Of a stretch of 64,000 bases of DNA, positions 24,419-34,178 are shown in pieces (within the stretch, counting starts at the first letter, position 1; the number at the start of each line of letters is the position of its first letter). The notes under the pieces are model-generated. The model was not told the DNA's origin, did no database searches, and was given only the letters and a program-made list of their open reading frames with translations. The translations under genes were made by a program, and so were the position numbers. Source of the DNA: an uncultured Chloroflexia bacterium (lineage in GTDB: Bacteria; Chloroflexota; Anaerolineae; Anaerolineales; UBA11579); the NCBI GenBank assembly GCA_963722735.1, contig CAVROH010000016.1, positions 127,962 to 191,961 on the forward strand, given 5' to 3'.

Positions 24419-25981
24419 TCAAACCCCAAATTGCAGCGATTCGATGAACAGCTCCTGGAATTTGGCGTTATAATCCAGATCAATTTGCTTTGTGCGATTG
24501 GCCAGCCTCTGGGCAAGCTCCTCACCGTCAGCCAGAAGGAATCTGGCGGCTCCAAATCCGGCTCCATTGGCAATATTCTCAACTCTCTCCGCCGATACCT
24601 TCGGCAGCATCCCCAATCCAAGGACTGAAGACACATCCAGTTGGCCGCCGAAAGAACCGGTCAGGATTATCCTATCCAAGTCTTCAGGCTGAACAACCAA
24701 ATCCTTCAGCAGTATCTCCACCGCCGCCCGGATCGCCCCCTTCGCCTTCTGTAATTCCCGCACATCCTGCTGGGTCAGCCAGACCGAGTGGTCTTCGGTC
24801 AAAAAAACCGCCTTCTTTCCCTGGATTTGGTCTATCGGTAACTCGCAATTCGCTGCACAGAATTTGCCGCTGGGGTCAATTACACCGATACGCACCAGTT
24901 CATCAACCACCTTCAGCAATCCAGAACCAGTCAGGCCACGGGGAAGCTCATCTTCGATGGTTTTGAACTCGAAGCGGCCATTGGCAAACACCGCATCTAC
25001 GATCGCACCTGGTACTGCCCGCATCCCACAAGAAATATCCACCCCTTCAAAGGCTGGGCCGGCAGCCGTAGATGCCGCCACGATCCTGTCACCGTCCGTC
25101 AGGAGTACCTCCCCATTGGTGCCCAGATCTACTGTCAGCACCGGGTTTTGAACTTTATCATATCCAAAATAAGCCAGACAGGCCAATGCATCCGAGCCTA
25201 CAAACCCCCCGATCATCGGTGGGAGGATGACCTCAACGTCTTCCTTGAACATCCCGCCCAATAAACCGCTGGCATCCTTGATCAACGCCTTTTCAAACGG
25301 CTGGAAGGGCATCATCGCGATGGATTTCACAGGTAAACCCAACAAGAGATGATGCATCGCCACATTCCCAACAATACTGACCCGCTCGATTCGCCTTTGT
25401 AGAGATTTTGAGAGTTTCAGGGCATCAATCGCCTGGTAGATCGAAGAAAGCGACAGCCGCTGCAACCGCTCCTGATGAGCACTGCTGTTCAGGGCCGCCG
25501 ACAGGCGGGAGATCACGTCGGCGCCATACACCCGCTGCTGATTGAGTGCCGCGCCTCCCGAGACCACCTCACCGGTATCCAGCAGCGTCAGATAGGCGGC
25601 AACCGTGGTTGATCCCAGATCAATCGCCAGACCAAGCGGTACCCGATGATCTCTTTTATGCCGCGAACCCGATCGGAAAACTTTGTTGGTATAGACCTCA
25701 ATGGGCGAGAGCACAACCTGGGTATCCGAAATCACCTTTGCCCGGCAGGCCAGGCGTGTCCCGAGAGATAATTCGCTATCGGTCAGATACTCTCGTTCTA
25801 TCTCGTCCGGGCTGCCGGCACCCTTCTCCACCAGCATTTTGCACCGTCCGCAGGTACCGCGGCCGGCACAAGGCTGTTCCACCGGCATCTCTGCCGACGC
25901 GATCACATCACCCAGCAACGCCCCCTGGGCGGCTTCAACCTCAACCATTTTCTCACCAAGCAAGATGGTCACTTTACTCAT
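24419..25981 (-). CDS. RACo-type corrinoid reductive activase ([2Fe-2S] ferredoxin domain plus ASKHA ATPase domain)
   Basis: The N-terminus has CAGRGTCGRCKM ... LACRA (plant-type 2Fe-2S). Then come GLAIDLGSTTVAAYL and DLGTNGEV, which are ASKHA phosphate-binding motifs. The ATGA overlaps the DUF1638 stop. Confidence 0.8.
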   Translation of the reverse strand: MSKVTILLGEKMVEVEAAQGALLGDVIASAEMPVEQPCAGRGTCGRCKMLVEKGAGSPDEIEREYLTDSELSLGTRLACRAKVISDTQVVLSPIEVYTNKVFRSGSRHKRDHRVPLGLAIDLGSTTVAAYLTLLDTGEVVSGGAALNQQRVYGADVISRLSAALNSSAHQERLQRLSLSSIYQAIDALKLSKSLQRRIERVSIVGNVAMHHLLLGLPVKSIAMMPFQPFEKALIKDASGLLGGMFKEDVEVILPPMIGGFVGSDALACLAYFGYDKVQNPVLTVDLGTNGEVLLTDGDRIVAASTAAGPAFEGVDISCGMRAVPGAIVDAVFANGRFEFKTIEDELPRGLTGSGLLKVVDELVRIGVIDPSGKFCAANCELPIDQIQGKKAVFLTEDHSVWLTQQDVRELQKAKGAIRAAVEILLKDLVVQPEDLDRIILTGSFGGQLDVSSVLGLGMLPKVSAERVENIANGAGFGAARFLLADGEELAQRLANRTKQIDLDYNAKFQELFIESLQFGV

Positions 25982-26736
25982 CTGAATAATTCCTGTTTCA
26001 GAGTCTCCCCTGGTTTGATCACAATGAATTTGTCATCTACAGGCTCAGATCCAGCCAGTGTATCTTCCAGTGCAAGGAGGAAATCAGCCACCCCTAAAAT
26101 CTCCTCGTAAACCATCCCCCACCTTTCGCAAAATTCTGCTACCTCCAGGGCCTGTTCCCGGAAACCGTCCAAATCAGCCTGATGATTTGCCACAAAAACC
26201 AGACGGCGATAATGCCTGTACTGCTGGTCCATAACAAACTCGGCGGTTTCCATCCCATACTTCTCCACGTATCCGCGATACTCTCCAAGGGGATGGGTTC
26301 CTGCCTGCAGCCAACCTTTGGTCAGATAATAGGTGCCTGGTTCTTTTTCGTGCTCAGCCAGATAGGCTTCCCGCCCACCCATGAACATGGCGATACAGTC
26401 ATCCATCCTGGGGATAATCAAGATATGCTTTCCGGCGCGGATATCGTGCAAGCCATTCCCACACAAGCCATATCCCAGTATGATCACACTTGGCTCTTCG
26501 ATCCTATCGATCTGTTCCTGCACCTGGGCATGGAGCAACTTGGGAGTGGCATGCAATCCCGCATCCAGGAAAAGGGGCTCTGGTCCGAGTCGCGTTTTTG
26601 GTGTGACGCCAACCAAGCCTTTCAATACCTCGCAGGATAAGAATACCGTCGGCTTTTGGCTGAAAATTTCTTTACTCAATAACCTGCCTCTTGCGAAAAT
26701 CCTTGATCCAGCGCATCCCGTATTCATCCCGGCCAA
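25978..26736 (-). CDS. DUF1638-family protein
   Basis: ILGYGLCGNGL ... ILIIPRMDDCIAMFMG matches my recollection of DUF1638. The maximal ORF overlaps the upstream gene by 65 nt. A TTG at 26679 that overlaps the upstream stop is an alternative start. Confidence 0.6.
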   Translation of the reverse strand: MAGMNTGCAGSRIFARGRLLSKEIFSQKPTVFLSCEVLKGLVGVTPKTRLGPEPLFLDAGLHATPKLLHAQVQEQIDRIEEPSVIILGYGLCGNGLHDIRAGKHILIIPRMDDCIAMFMGGREAYLAEHEKEPGTYYLTKGWLQAGTHPLGEYRGYVEKYGMETAEFVMDQQYRHYRRLVFVANHQADLDGFREQALEVAEFCERWGMVYEEILGVADFLLALEDTLAGSEPVDDKFIVIKPGETLKQELFR

Positions 26737-27538
26737 GGGCCAGGTCCGCCGCCAGGACTGCGGTTCTCACTTCTGTTAAAAGCGGATTGGTGATCGGGCA
26801 GGTCAGCCCGGATTGGATCGCCATCGCAATATACGCAGCATTAATATATTTGCGGTCCGGCATCCCGAAGGAGATGTTGCTGGCGCCCATAGTGATATTG
26901 ACACCAAATTTCTCCACCACCAGCAGCAAGGTATCCAGGGCCACCTTCCCGGCAGTGTGATCGGCTCCGAGGGCCATTGCCAGCGGATCGATGAGAACGT
27001 CTTCCGGCGGAATCCCCAGGGCGCTAGCGCGTTCGATGATCCGTTCTGCAACCAGCAAGCGCTCGGCAGGCGTGGACGGGATCCCATCATCAGAAATGCA
27101 CAGCCCGATCACGGCTGCGCCATACTCTTTGGCAATCGGAAGCACAGCCGCCAATGATTTTTCCTCGCCATTGACCGAATTGATCAGTGCTTTTCCGGGA
27201 TAGATTTTCAATGCAGCTTCCAGAGCTTCAGGATTGGCAGTATCAATACACAACGGCACATCCACCACAGACATCGCCTCAGCCATGACCTTTGGCAGCA
27301 AGGTGAATTCATCTGAACCTGGCACACCCGCATTAATATCCAGAACTTTTGCCCCCGCCTCAACCTGGGCAAGCGCATCCTTTCGCACAATGCTGAAATC
27401 ACCGGCTTCCAGAGATTTGAGCACGGCTTTTCGCCCGGTTGGATTGATCCGCTCACCAATGATCACCGTCGGTAAATTTCGGTCGATGACTACCGTTTGT
27501 GATCCTGTGGATAGTGTGGTTTTCAGATTTTCAGTCAT
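26672..27538 (-). CDS. pterin-binding (MtrH/AcsE/MetH-domain type) methyltetrahydrofolate:corrinoid methyltransferase
   Basis: 288-aa ORF with IIGERINPTGRK ... VLDINAG ... LCIDT ... LINSVNGE ... GASNISFGMP, the blocks of the DHPS-like pterin-binding barrel. Confidence 0.85.
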   Translation of the reverse strand: MTENLKTTLSTGSQTVVIDRNLPTVIIGERINPTGRKAVLKSLEAGDFSIVRKDALAQVEAGAKVLDINAGVPGSDEFTLLPKVMAEAMSVVDVPLCIDTANPEALEAALKIYPGKALINSVNGEEKSLAAVLPIAKEYGAAVIGLCISDDGIPSTPAERLLVAERIIERASALGIPPEDVLIDPLAMALGADHTAGKVALDTLLLVVEKFGVNITMGASNISFGMPDRKYINAAYIAMAIQSGLTCPITNPLLTEVRTAVLAADLALGRDEYGMRWIKDFRKRQVIE

Positions 27539-27540
27539 AG

Positions 27541-28167
27541 TTACTTCATTAAGGATTTTGCCAGAGCAGCAGCCCGGCTGGCATCAGCTGCAAAGCCATC
27601 CGCCCCGATCTTATCCGCATACTCTTGAGTGACCGGTGCACCACCGACCAGGATCTTGACCGTGTCTCGCAAACCAGCTTCTTCAATCGCCTCAATCGTC
27701 TTTTCCATCGAGCTCATCGTGGTGGTCAGAAGCGCCGACAGACCAATCATATCCGTCCCTTCCCTGACCGCTTCGACGAAGGCTTCGGGTGTAACATCTG
27801 TTCCCAGATCCACGACCTCAAAACCTGCCCCTTCCATCATCATTCCTACCAGGTTTTTGCCGATATCGTGCAGGTCTCCCTTCACAGTACCGATTACCAC
27901 CTTGCCAGAAGACTTCACATCCTCAGCCGCAAGATGAGGTTTCAGTAAACCCAGCCCGGCCTGCATCGCCCTAGCCGCGATCAGCATTTCAGGCACAAAG
28001 AACTCGCCCTCCTCGAAACGTTTCCCGACTTCCTTCATTGCCAGGATCAATCCTTCCTGAAGGATCTTGTCCGCTGAAGTTCCTCCATCAAGAACTGCCT
28101 GGACGCTTTCCTGCACGCCACCGGCATCCCCTGCCAGAACATGATCAAATATGGTCTGAACATTCAT
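27541..28167 (-). CDS. cobalamin-binding corrinoid protein (MtbC/MttC/MtaC type)
   Basis: 208-aa ORF with an N-terminal helical cap, the B12-binding motif GDLHDIGKN (DxHxxG) and a following ALLTTT block. Confidence 0.9.
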   Translation of the reverse strand: MNVQTIFDHVLAGDAGGVQESVQAVLDGGTSADKILQEGLILAMKEVGKRFEEGEFFVPEMLIAARAMQAGLGLLKPHLAAEDVKSSGKVVIGTVKGDLHDIGKNLVGMMMEGAGFEVVDLGTDVTPEAFVEAVREGTDMIGLSALLTTTMSSMEKTIEAIEEAGLRDTVKILVGGAPVTQEYADKIGADGFAADASRAAALAKSLMK

Positions 28168-28316
28168 CGATACTCTCTCCTTGTTGTTTCCTGTGTCTAT
28201 GCATCCGATCCAAGGGTGCGCTTGGCCAGGTGATGATCAATGCTAAGTATATTAACATATTTTTCTAGATAGCCAAACCAATTGGCGTAGATGGGCAATA
28301 CCGGAGTCGAAGGCTT

Positions 28317-28344
28317 AATAAAAAAGACCAGCGAGAGCCGGTCT
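28317..28344 (-). terminator. intrinsic terminator after the 124-aa orphan gene
   Basis: The minus strand reads AGACCGGC-TCTC-GCTGGTCT followed by TTTTTTATT. Confidence 0.65.
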
Positions 28345-28365
28345 TGAGGCTGGAATAAATCCGGG

Positions 28366-28740
28366 TCAGGCGCTCGCCTGATCGCTGATTAACAAATTAA
28401 GGGTCTTACGGACGGCAGCAAGCACCTCGACGGTGTCGAAGGTAGCAGCCTGCTCTGCCTTTGAGGCTGTCTCAAGGGCTGCCAGAAATGGATCCTTGCT
28501 GAGGGCCCTGCCGGCCACCTTGACCTGGGTCCAGTACGGCTGGAGCTGATCTGCCCATTGGTGGTAGTGATACTTGATGGCATAGCGCAGGCTTCCGAGC
28601 AGATCGAGATCATCGTCCCTGGCCTGGCCGGATGTATAGATGGAGACCAGCAGCTCCTCAAACATAACCCAATTGGCGAGAAATGTGCCCATCGGGGAGT
28701 CTTTCATCTTCAGAAAAATAGTGTTTGTTGATAGTGACAT
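28366..28740 (-). CDS. hypothetical helical protein (124 aa)
   Basis: The ORF has its own terminator and shows coding-like composition. I recognise no family. Confidence 0.45.
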   Translation of the reverse strand: MSLSTNTIFLKMKDSPMGTFLANWVMFEELLVSIYTSGQARDDDLDLLGSLRYAIKYHYHQWADQLQPYWTQVKVAGRALSKDPFLAALETASKAEQAATFDTVEVLAAVRKTLNLLISDQASA

Positions 28741-28946
28741 ATCAACCTCCTTTGGAAATTATACCGGAAGGCTGCAAAAAAGATATATGATATTTGTCAT
28801 GGACAAGTATGAGATAAGTAATCAGGTACCGGGGCAACCAGTGATCAGGAGAAACCAAAAACCGAATTTGTTCCTGTTCGCCAAGTGACTGAATCAAAAA
28901 GCCGACCTGGAATGCGGATCGGCTCCTGAATGATGATCTGGTCGGC

Positions 28947-29819
28947 CTACTTCTTCCATTTCTTGTCTTTACTGCGTTCGTAGTTCTCCGGGCCGGGGCG
29001 CATGAAGGGCAGCTTGATCTTTTCAAAGCGTACCATCAACAGGAAAGCGCCTGCCAGAGCCATGATCATGGCGATCAGGCGGGAGTAGCTCAGATCGGTG
29101 CCGGGGATGCGGGGCTGGTCCGGGCGGAAGAACTCCAGCCAGAAACGGCCAACGCCTTCCAGCAGCAGCCACGAATAAAAGGCCGCGCCGGGTTTGAATT
29201 TAGGTCCGAATTTACGCACAAACCAGATGATCAGGACGGCTGCAAGCAAATTCCAGATGCTCTCATAGAAGAAAGTCGGGTGGAAGCGGGTGGTCTCCAC
29301 GGGGAAGGCTGCCAGATCATTCCAGGGGAGAATGCGGTTCTCGGCGGCGATGCTGACACCCCAAGGGAGATCGGTCGGCGGGCCGTAAAGCTCCTGGTTG
29401 ATGAAGTTTGCCACGCGGCCCAAAGCCTGGGAAATGAGCAGTACCGGTGCGAGGGAGTCAAGCAGCATCCAGAAATCGAAGCGGCGGCGGTTTGAGTACC
29501 ACCAGGCAGTCAGGATGCCGAAGAGCACAGCACCATAGATATGCAAGCCACCCTCCCAAACGCGGAAAATACGGACAGGATCATCGGAGAAATAAGGGCT
29601 GCCGCCGGCGAGGTCATTGACCACGTACCAGAGGCGGGCACCGATGATGCCTGCCGGGACGACCCAGATGATCAGGTCCCAGATAAAATCTGAATGCCCG
29701 CCGCGCTGCTTGATCTCGCGCTCGGCTAAAAAGGTGCCCACCATCACAGCAATGGCGATGATGACACCGTACCAATGAACGGATAAATTTCCAATTGTGA
29801 AAATAACGGGATTGATCAA
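28947..29819 (-). CDS. lgt: prolipoprotein diacylglyceryl transferase
   Basis: HWYGVIIAIAV ... GIIGARLWYV ... IWEGGLHIYG-like block (VWEGGLHIYGAV) ... GRVANFINQELYG are canonical Lgt motifs. Confidence 0.9.
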   Translation of the reverse strand: MINPVIFTIGNLSVHWYGVIIAIAVMVGTFLAEREIKQRGGHSDFIWDLIIWVVPAGIIGARLWYVVNDLAGGSPYFSDDPVRIFRVWEGGLHIYGAVLFGILTAWWYSNRRRFDFWMLLDSLAPVLLISQALGRVANFINQELYGPPTDLPWGVSIAAENRILPWNDLAAFPVETTRFHPTFFYESIWNLLAAVLIIWFVRKFGPKFKPGAAFYSWLLLEGVGRFWLEFFRPDQPRIPGTDLSYSRLIAMIMALAGAFLLMVRFEKIKLPFMRPGPENYERSKDKKWKK

Positions 29820-29855
29820 AACTTACCTCCTGCTTGCGTAGATGTGGGCACTATT

Positions 29856-31054
29856 CTAATCGATTTCGCGTGATTTTTTACTCAGTTCTGCCATCAACTC
29901 TTCGGTGCGGGGGTCGAAATCGAAGCGAGTAAAGATCTCCTCAAACCTAGTCAGCACCGGCTCGGGCTGGTAGCCCATGCGGATGAGGGAATATTTGTGC
30001 TTGCTGACATAGCTGCGGGCTTCTTCCACTGCAACAGCCAGCTTCTCCTCAAAAGCCGGCGTCATCGGGATGTGGAACTGGTCGTATATCAGCCGGGTGC
30101 TGGTATCCAGATGCTCGACTAGCTGGCGATACTTCATCACCACGTACTCGGTGTCGGGCAGCTTCTCCAGGGATGCGAGCGTATCCACATACCAGCCGTA
30201 GGTGAGATCGAGGAGCATGTCCTTGAAGGGATAAGGTTCCAGCGGGTTATTGAAATAATTCCAGATAAAGGAGAAAAAGCTGGTCTTGGAGGCGAGCATA
30301 TCGACCGGGTTTCGCACCAGATAGATGAACTTGGCATCCGGGAAATACTCCCGCAGGGCGTGCACCTTGGAGCTGAACGCCGGGTTCTTGGCAATGTAGC
30401 GCCTCCCGCCATGGTAATAGACATGCTTCTGAACCATCTTCTTATAAAAGACCATCGCCCGGCGCTTCTCTTTGGCGGTCATCTCATCATCGAAGTGAAG
30501 ATAAGGCCCGAGCAGCTCCATGAAGGGGAAAGGGAACATCAGGAAGGAGGAAGTCCAGTTGTGGCAGAGGATGCCTTCGTCCTCATCCACATCCTGCAAG
30601 GCGACGCGGTGCATGGGGATGCTGTTGAGGTTCTTGGCTTCCACGCGGGTGACGAGCTTGTTGAACACCCCGCGGAAGAGCGCCCGTATCCACCTTGCCG
30701 GCTGCCTTCCAGAAGACCCGCTGGGTGATCGAGGGGGCGATGTAGATCTCCAGGGTCGTCATGGCAGTGAGATGTTCCTCGTCCTTCGCCAGCAGGCGCT
30801 GCAAAAGGGTTGAACCTGACCTGAAATTACCGATGATGAAGACCGGGGCTTCAATCTCCTGCTGTCCGATAGCCGCGGAAGAAAATCTCATCCAGGCCAA
30901 AGCTGATCCAGGTGAGCAGGTTGTGGATCGGGATAATGAAGAACCAGAAGAACAGCGATTTAATGCGTTTGGGGGTTAACCGGGCGTGGGTGCCTTTGGT
31001 CTTGAAGAGTGACCAGTAGAGGAGCTTGAAGTAGAGTCGGAAGTTGTAGCTCAT
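29856..31054 (-). pseudogene. PAPS-type sulfotransferase with the reading frame broken twice (~30865 and ~30665)
   Basis: There are three consecutive fragments. The first is MSYNFRLYF ... GLDEIFFRGYR, the second is QEIEAPVFIIGNFRSGSTLLQRLL (5'-PSB loop), and the third is ...YIAKNPAFSSKVHALREYFPDAKFIYLVRNP (3'-PB region). Confidence 0.75.
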
Positions 31055-31200
31055 GGTGGGTCGCCGGGGCAAAAGTGCCACAGGCAACTATATCATATTG
31101 CAGGTTAGTCGGGTAGTCGTTGGTCGATTTCGATAAAATCCCTGACCATTTCTCAGCAACCATCGAACAATCTGCCAAAGGACGGATTATAATAATCGCT

Positions 31201-32951
31201 ATGAACAACCGAGACTTAGCCAACACCTTCACACTGATCGCCGATCTGCTGGAGATCCGGGGCGAAAATTTCTACAAGACGAACGCCTACCGTAAAGCCG
31301 CCGAGAACCTGGTGGAACTCTCCCAGGATGCGAGCAGATCTGGGAGGCGGGGGAACTGCAATCTATCCCCGGGGTGGGCAAGGCGATTTCCGAGAAAATA
31401 GACGAACTGCTGCGCACCGGCGAATTCGCGTATCCTCAACAAGCTGACCGCCGAGGTGCCCGCCAGTCTGGCGGAGGTGCTCCAGATCCCCGACCTGGGA
31501 CCGAAGAAGGTCAAGCTGTTCTGGGAGGAACTGGGGATCACCACTGTGGCGGAACTGGAAGCCGCCGCCAAAGCGGGCAAGCTGGCAGAACTGCCGGGGA
31601 TGGGCGAGAAATCCCAGGCCACGTGTGCTGGCAGGGATCGAAGCGCTGGGCCGGCGGCAGACCGGACGGACGCCGCTGGGGGATGCCTGGCCCTTCTGCC
31701 AGGAGCAGTTCGCTTTCCTGCGGGCCCTGCCCGGAGTGACTGCCGCCGAAGCGGCAGGCAGCCTGCGTCGGATGCGGGACACCGTCGGGGACCTGGACAT
31801 CCTGGTGGCGGCGGCAGACTCCGAACCGGTGATGGATGCCTTTGCCAGCCAGCCGATCGTCTCGCATATTGAGGGGCGCGGCGCGACCAAGACCAGCGTG
31901 GAATTCAGCAACGGCTTGCGGGCACAGGTGTGGGTCCATCCGCCGGAACGCTTCGGCACCGCCCTGCAGTACGCCACCGGGTCCAAGGATCACAACGTCA
32001 AAGTGCGGGAGCAGGCCCTGAAGAAAGGCTTCTCGCTCTCCGAGCATGCCCTGACGCGGGAGGACGGCAGCGAAATGCTGTGCGCCACCGAGGAACAGGT
32101 CTACCAGGCGATCGGCCTGCCCTACATCCCACCGGAATTACGCGAAGACCGCGGCGAGGTCCAGGCCGGGCTGGCCGGAACTCTTCCAGAGTTGATCACC
32201 CTGTCGGATATTATCTCCGAGCTGCATTCCCACTCCACCTGGAGCGACGGGCGCGGCAGCGATCCGGGAGATGGCCGAAGCAGCGATCGCCCGCGGCCGC
32301 AAAGTGCTGGCGATCACCGATCACAGCCAGAGTCTGGGGATCGGCAACGGGCTGTCAGTCGAACGTCTGATGGCGCAGAAAGACGAGATCGAGAGCTGCG
32401 GGAAGAATTTGAAGGACGGATCACGATCCTGCACGGCACCGAGATGGAGATCAAAACTGACGGCACGCTGGACTTTCCCGATGAGGTTCTGGCGGAGTTG
32501 GATATCGTGGTCGCTTCGCTGCACGTGGGCATGCGCCAGCCGCGCGAGCAGGTCACCGAGACGGATGCTGACCGCGATCCGCAACCCGCACGTAGACATC
32601 ATCGGCCACCCGACCAACCGGCTGATCCCCGACCGGGCGGGGTCTGATCTGGACATGGAAGCGATCTTCCAGGCCGCCGCCGAACACGGCACCGCACTGG
32701 AGATCAACGCCAACCCGCAGCGGCTGGATCTGAACGACATCCATGCCCGGCGGGCGATCGAACTGGGCGTGCTGCTGGCGATCGACACGGACGCACATGC
32801 CCCCGAGCACCTCGATCTTCTGCACTTCGGGGTGGCCACCGCCCGGCGCGCCTGGGCAACGAAAGAAAACGTGATCAATACCTGGCCGGTGGAGAGATTG
32901 CTGGACTGGTTGAGAAACAGTCCCGAGCACATGACTAACCCCCACCCCTGA
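31201..32951 (+). pseudogene. polX: family X DNA polymerase with C-terminal PHP domain; the frame is broken at least six times
   Basis: The fragments read in order as follows: MNNRDLANTFTLIADLLEIRGENFYKTNAYRKAA, EQIWEAGELQSIPGVGKAISEKIDELLRTGEF, LNKLTAEVPASLAEVLQIPDLGPKKVKLFWEELGI, then GSLRRMRDTVGDLDILVAA. These are followed by ELHSHSTWSDG, AITDHSQSLG, ILHGTEMEI and DIIGHPTNR...LEINANP...IDTDAH. Junctions lie near 31325, 31430, 31620, 32265, 32395 and 32565. Confidence 0.85.
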
Positions 32952-33018
32952 GAACGCTAGCGTTTTATTGCCCTTTACCTCTTCTTAGGAAGAGGAATTT
33001 TGAACTGAGGACAAAATT

Positions 33019-34022
33019 ATGACTGAGAAAATATCACATCGAGAACGGATGAAGACCTGTCTGGCCGGGGAGATACCCGACCGCGCCGCCGGTGGCGCTG
33101 TGGCGCCACTTCCCGGTGGATGACCAGCGCGGCGACACGCTGGCTGCCGCCCATTTGCAGTTCCAGCGAACTACGACTGGGATTTCCTCAAGGTGACTCC
33201 GGCCAGGGCTATTTTGTGTATGACTGGGGCGTGGAAGACGCAATGGAACGGTCACCCGCACGGCACGCGTGACTATACGAAACGAGTGATCCAGGAACAG
33301 AAGACTGGACCCGGCTGGAACAGCACTCCCCTTATTCCGGCCACCTCAAGGAGATGCTAGACGGTCTTGCAACGGATCGTGGACGCAATCGGCGAAGCAT
33401 ACGCCGGTGATCTTCACGGTGTTCAACCCGCTTTCGCAAGCCAAGAAGTTGGTCGGGGACGAGCATCTCAGCGAACACCTGGGCAAATATCCGGATGAGG
33501 TCAGCCAGGCGCTTGAGACGATCACCGAGATCGACCAAAGAATTTGTTAACGCGGTGATCAATCAGGCAGGCGCAGACGGGATCTTTTACGCCGTGCAGC
33601 ACGCCCAGACCGAACCTGATGAGACGAAGAAGAGTATCTCCGCTGGGGACGGACCTATGATATCCCCGTCCTGCAGTCGGCGGCAGATGGCTGGCTGAAC
33701 GTGCTGCACTTGCATGGGGATGATGTCTATTTTGACCAGTTCATCGACTACCCGGTACAGGTGATCAACTGGCACGACCTGGAGACCCCACCAGACCTGA
33801 AGACCGGCCTGGAAAAGTTCGGCGGCGTGGTCTGCGGCGGGATCCGGCAGGAAGCCACCCTCAATCTGGGAACGGCAGAAGATGTGCCGCAGAGAGGCGC
33901 AGGCAGCGATCGAGGCCACCGGCGGGAAGCGCTTCATCCTCGGCACCGGCTGTGTGGCCCCGACCACCACCCCGCACGGCAACCTGATGGCAGCGCGCAT
34001 AGCCGTGGAAAAAGCCAAATAA
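33019..34022 (+). pseudogene. uroporphyrinogen-decarboxylase (URO-D/MtaA-like) family protein; the frame is broken at least six times
   Basis: The pieces, in three frames, are MTEKISHRERMKTCLAGEIPDR, PPVALWRHFPVDDQRGDTLAAAHLQFQR, YDWDFLKVTPA, GTRDYTKRVIQE, and IFTVFNPLSQAKKLVGDEHL. These are followed by GADGIFYAVQHAQ, NVLHLHGDDVYFDQFIDYPVQVINWHD and GKRFILGTGCVAPTTTPHGNLMAARIAVEKAK. Confidence 0.7.
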
Positions 34023-34178
34023 TCCTATTTCCAGCCACCAATTTCTGGATAAAGCGAGGTTGAGCCTGTACAATTATGTAAAGTGTGTATCCAATAACCT
34101 GAAGTGGTGTTATTGAATACTGGGTATATCCTGTTTTTATTTATCATCTATCACTAAATACATAGAGCGAGGAGAATA

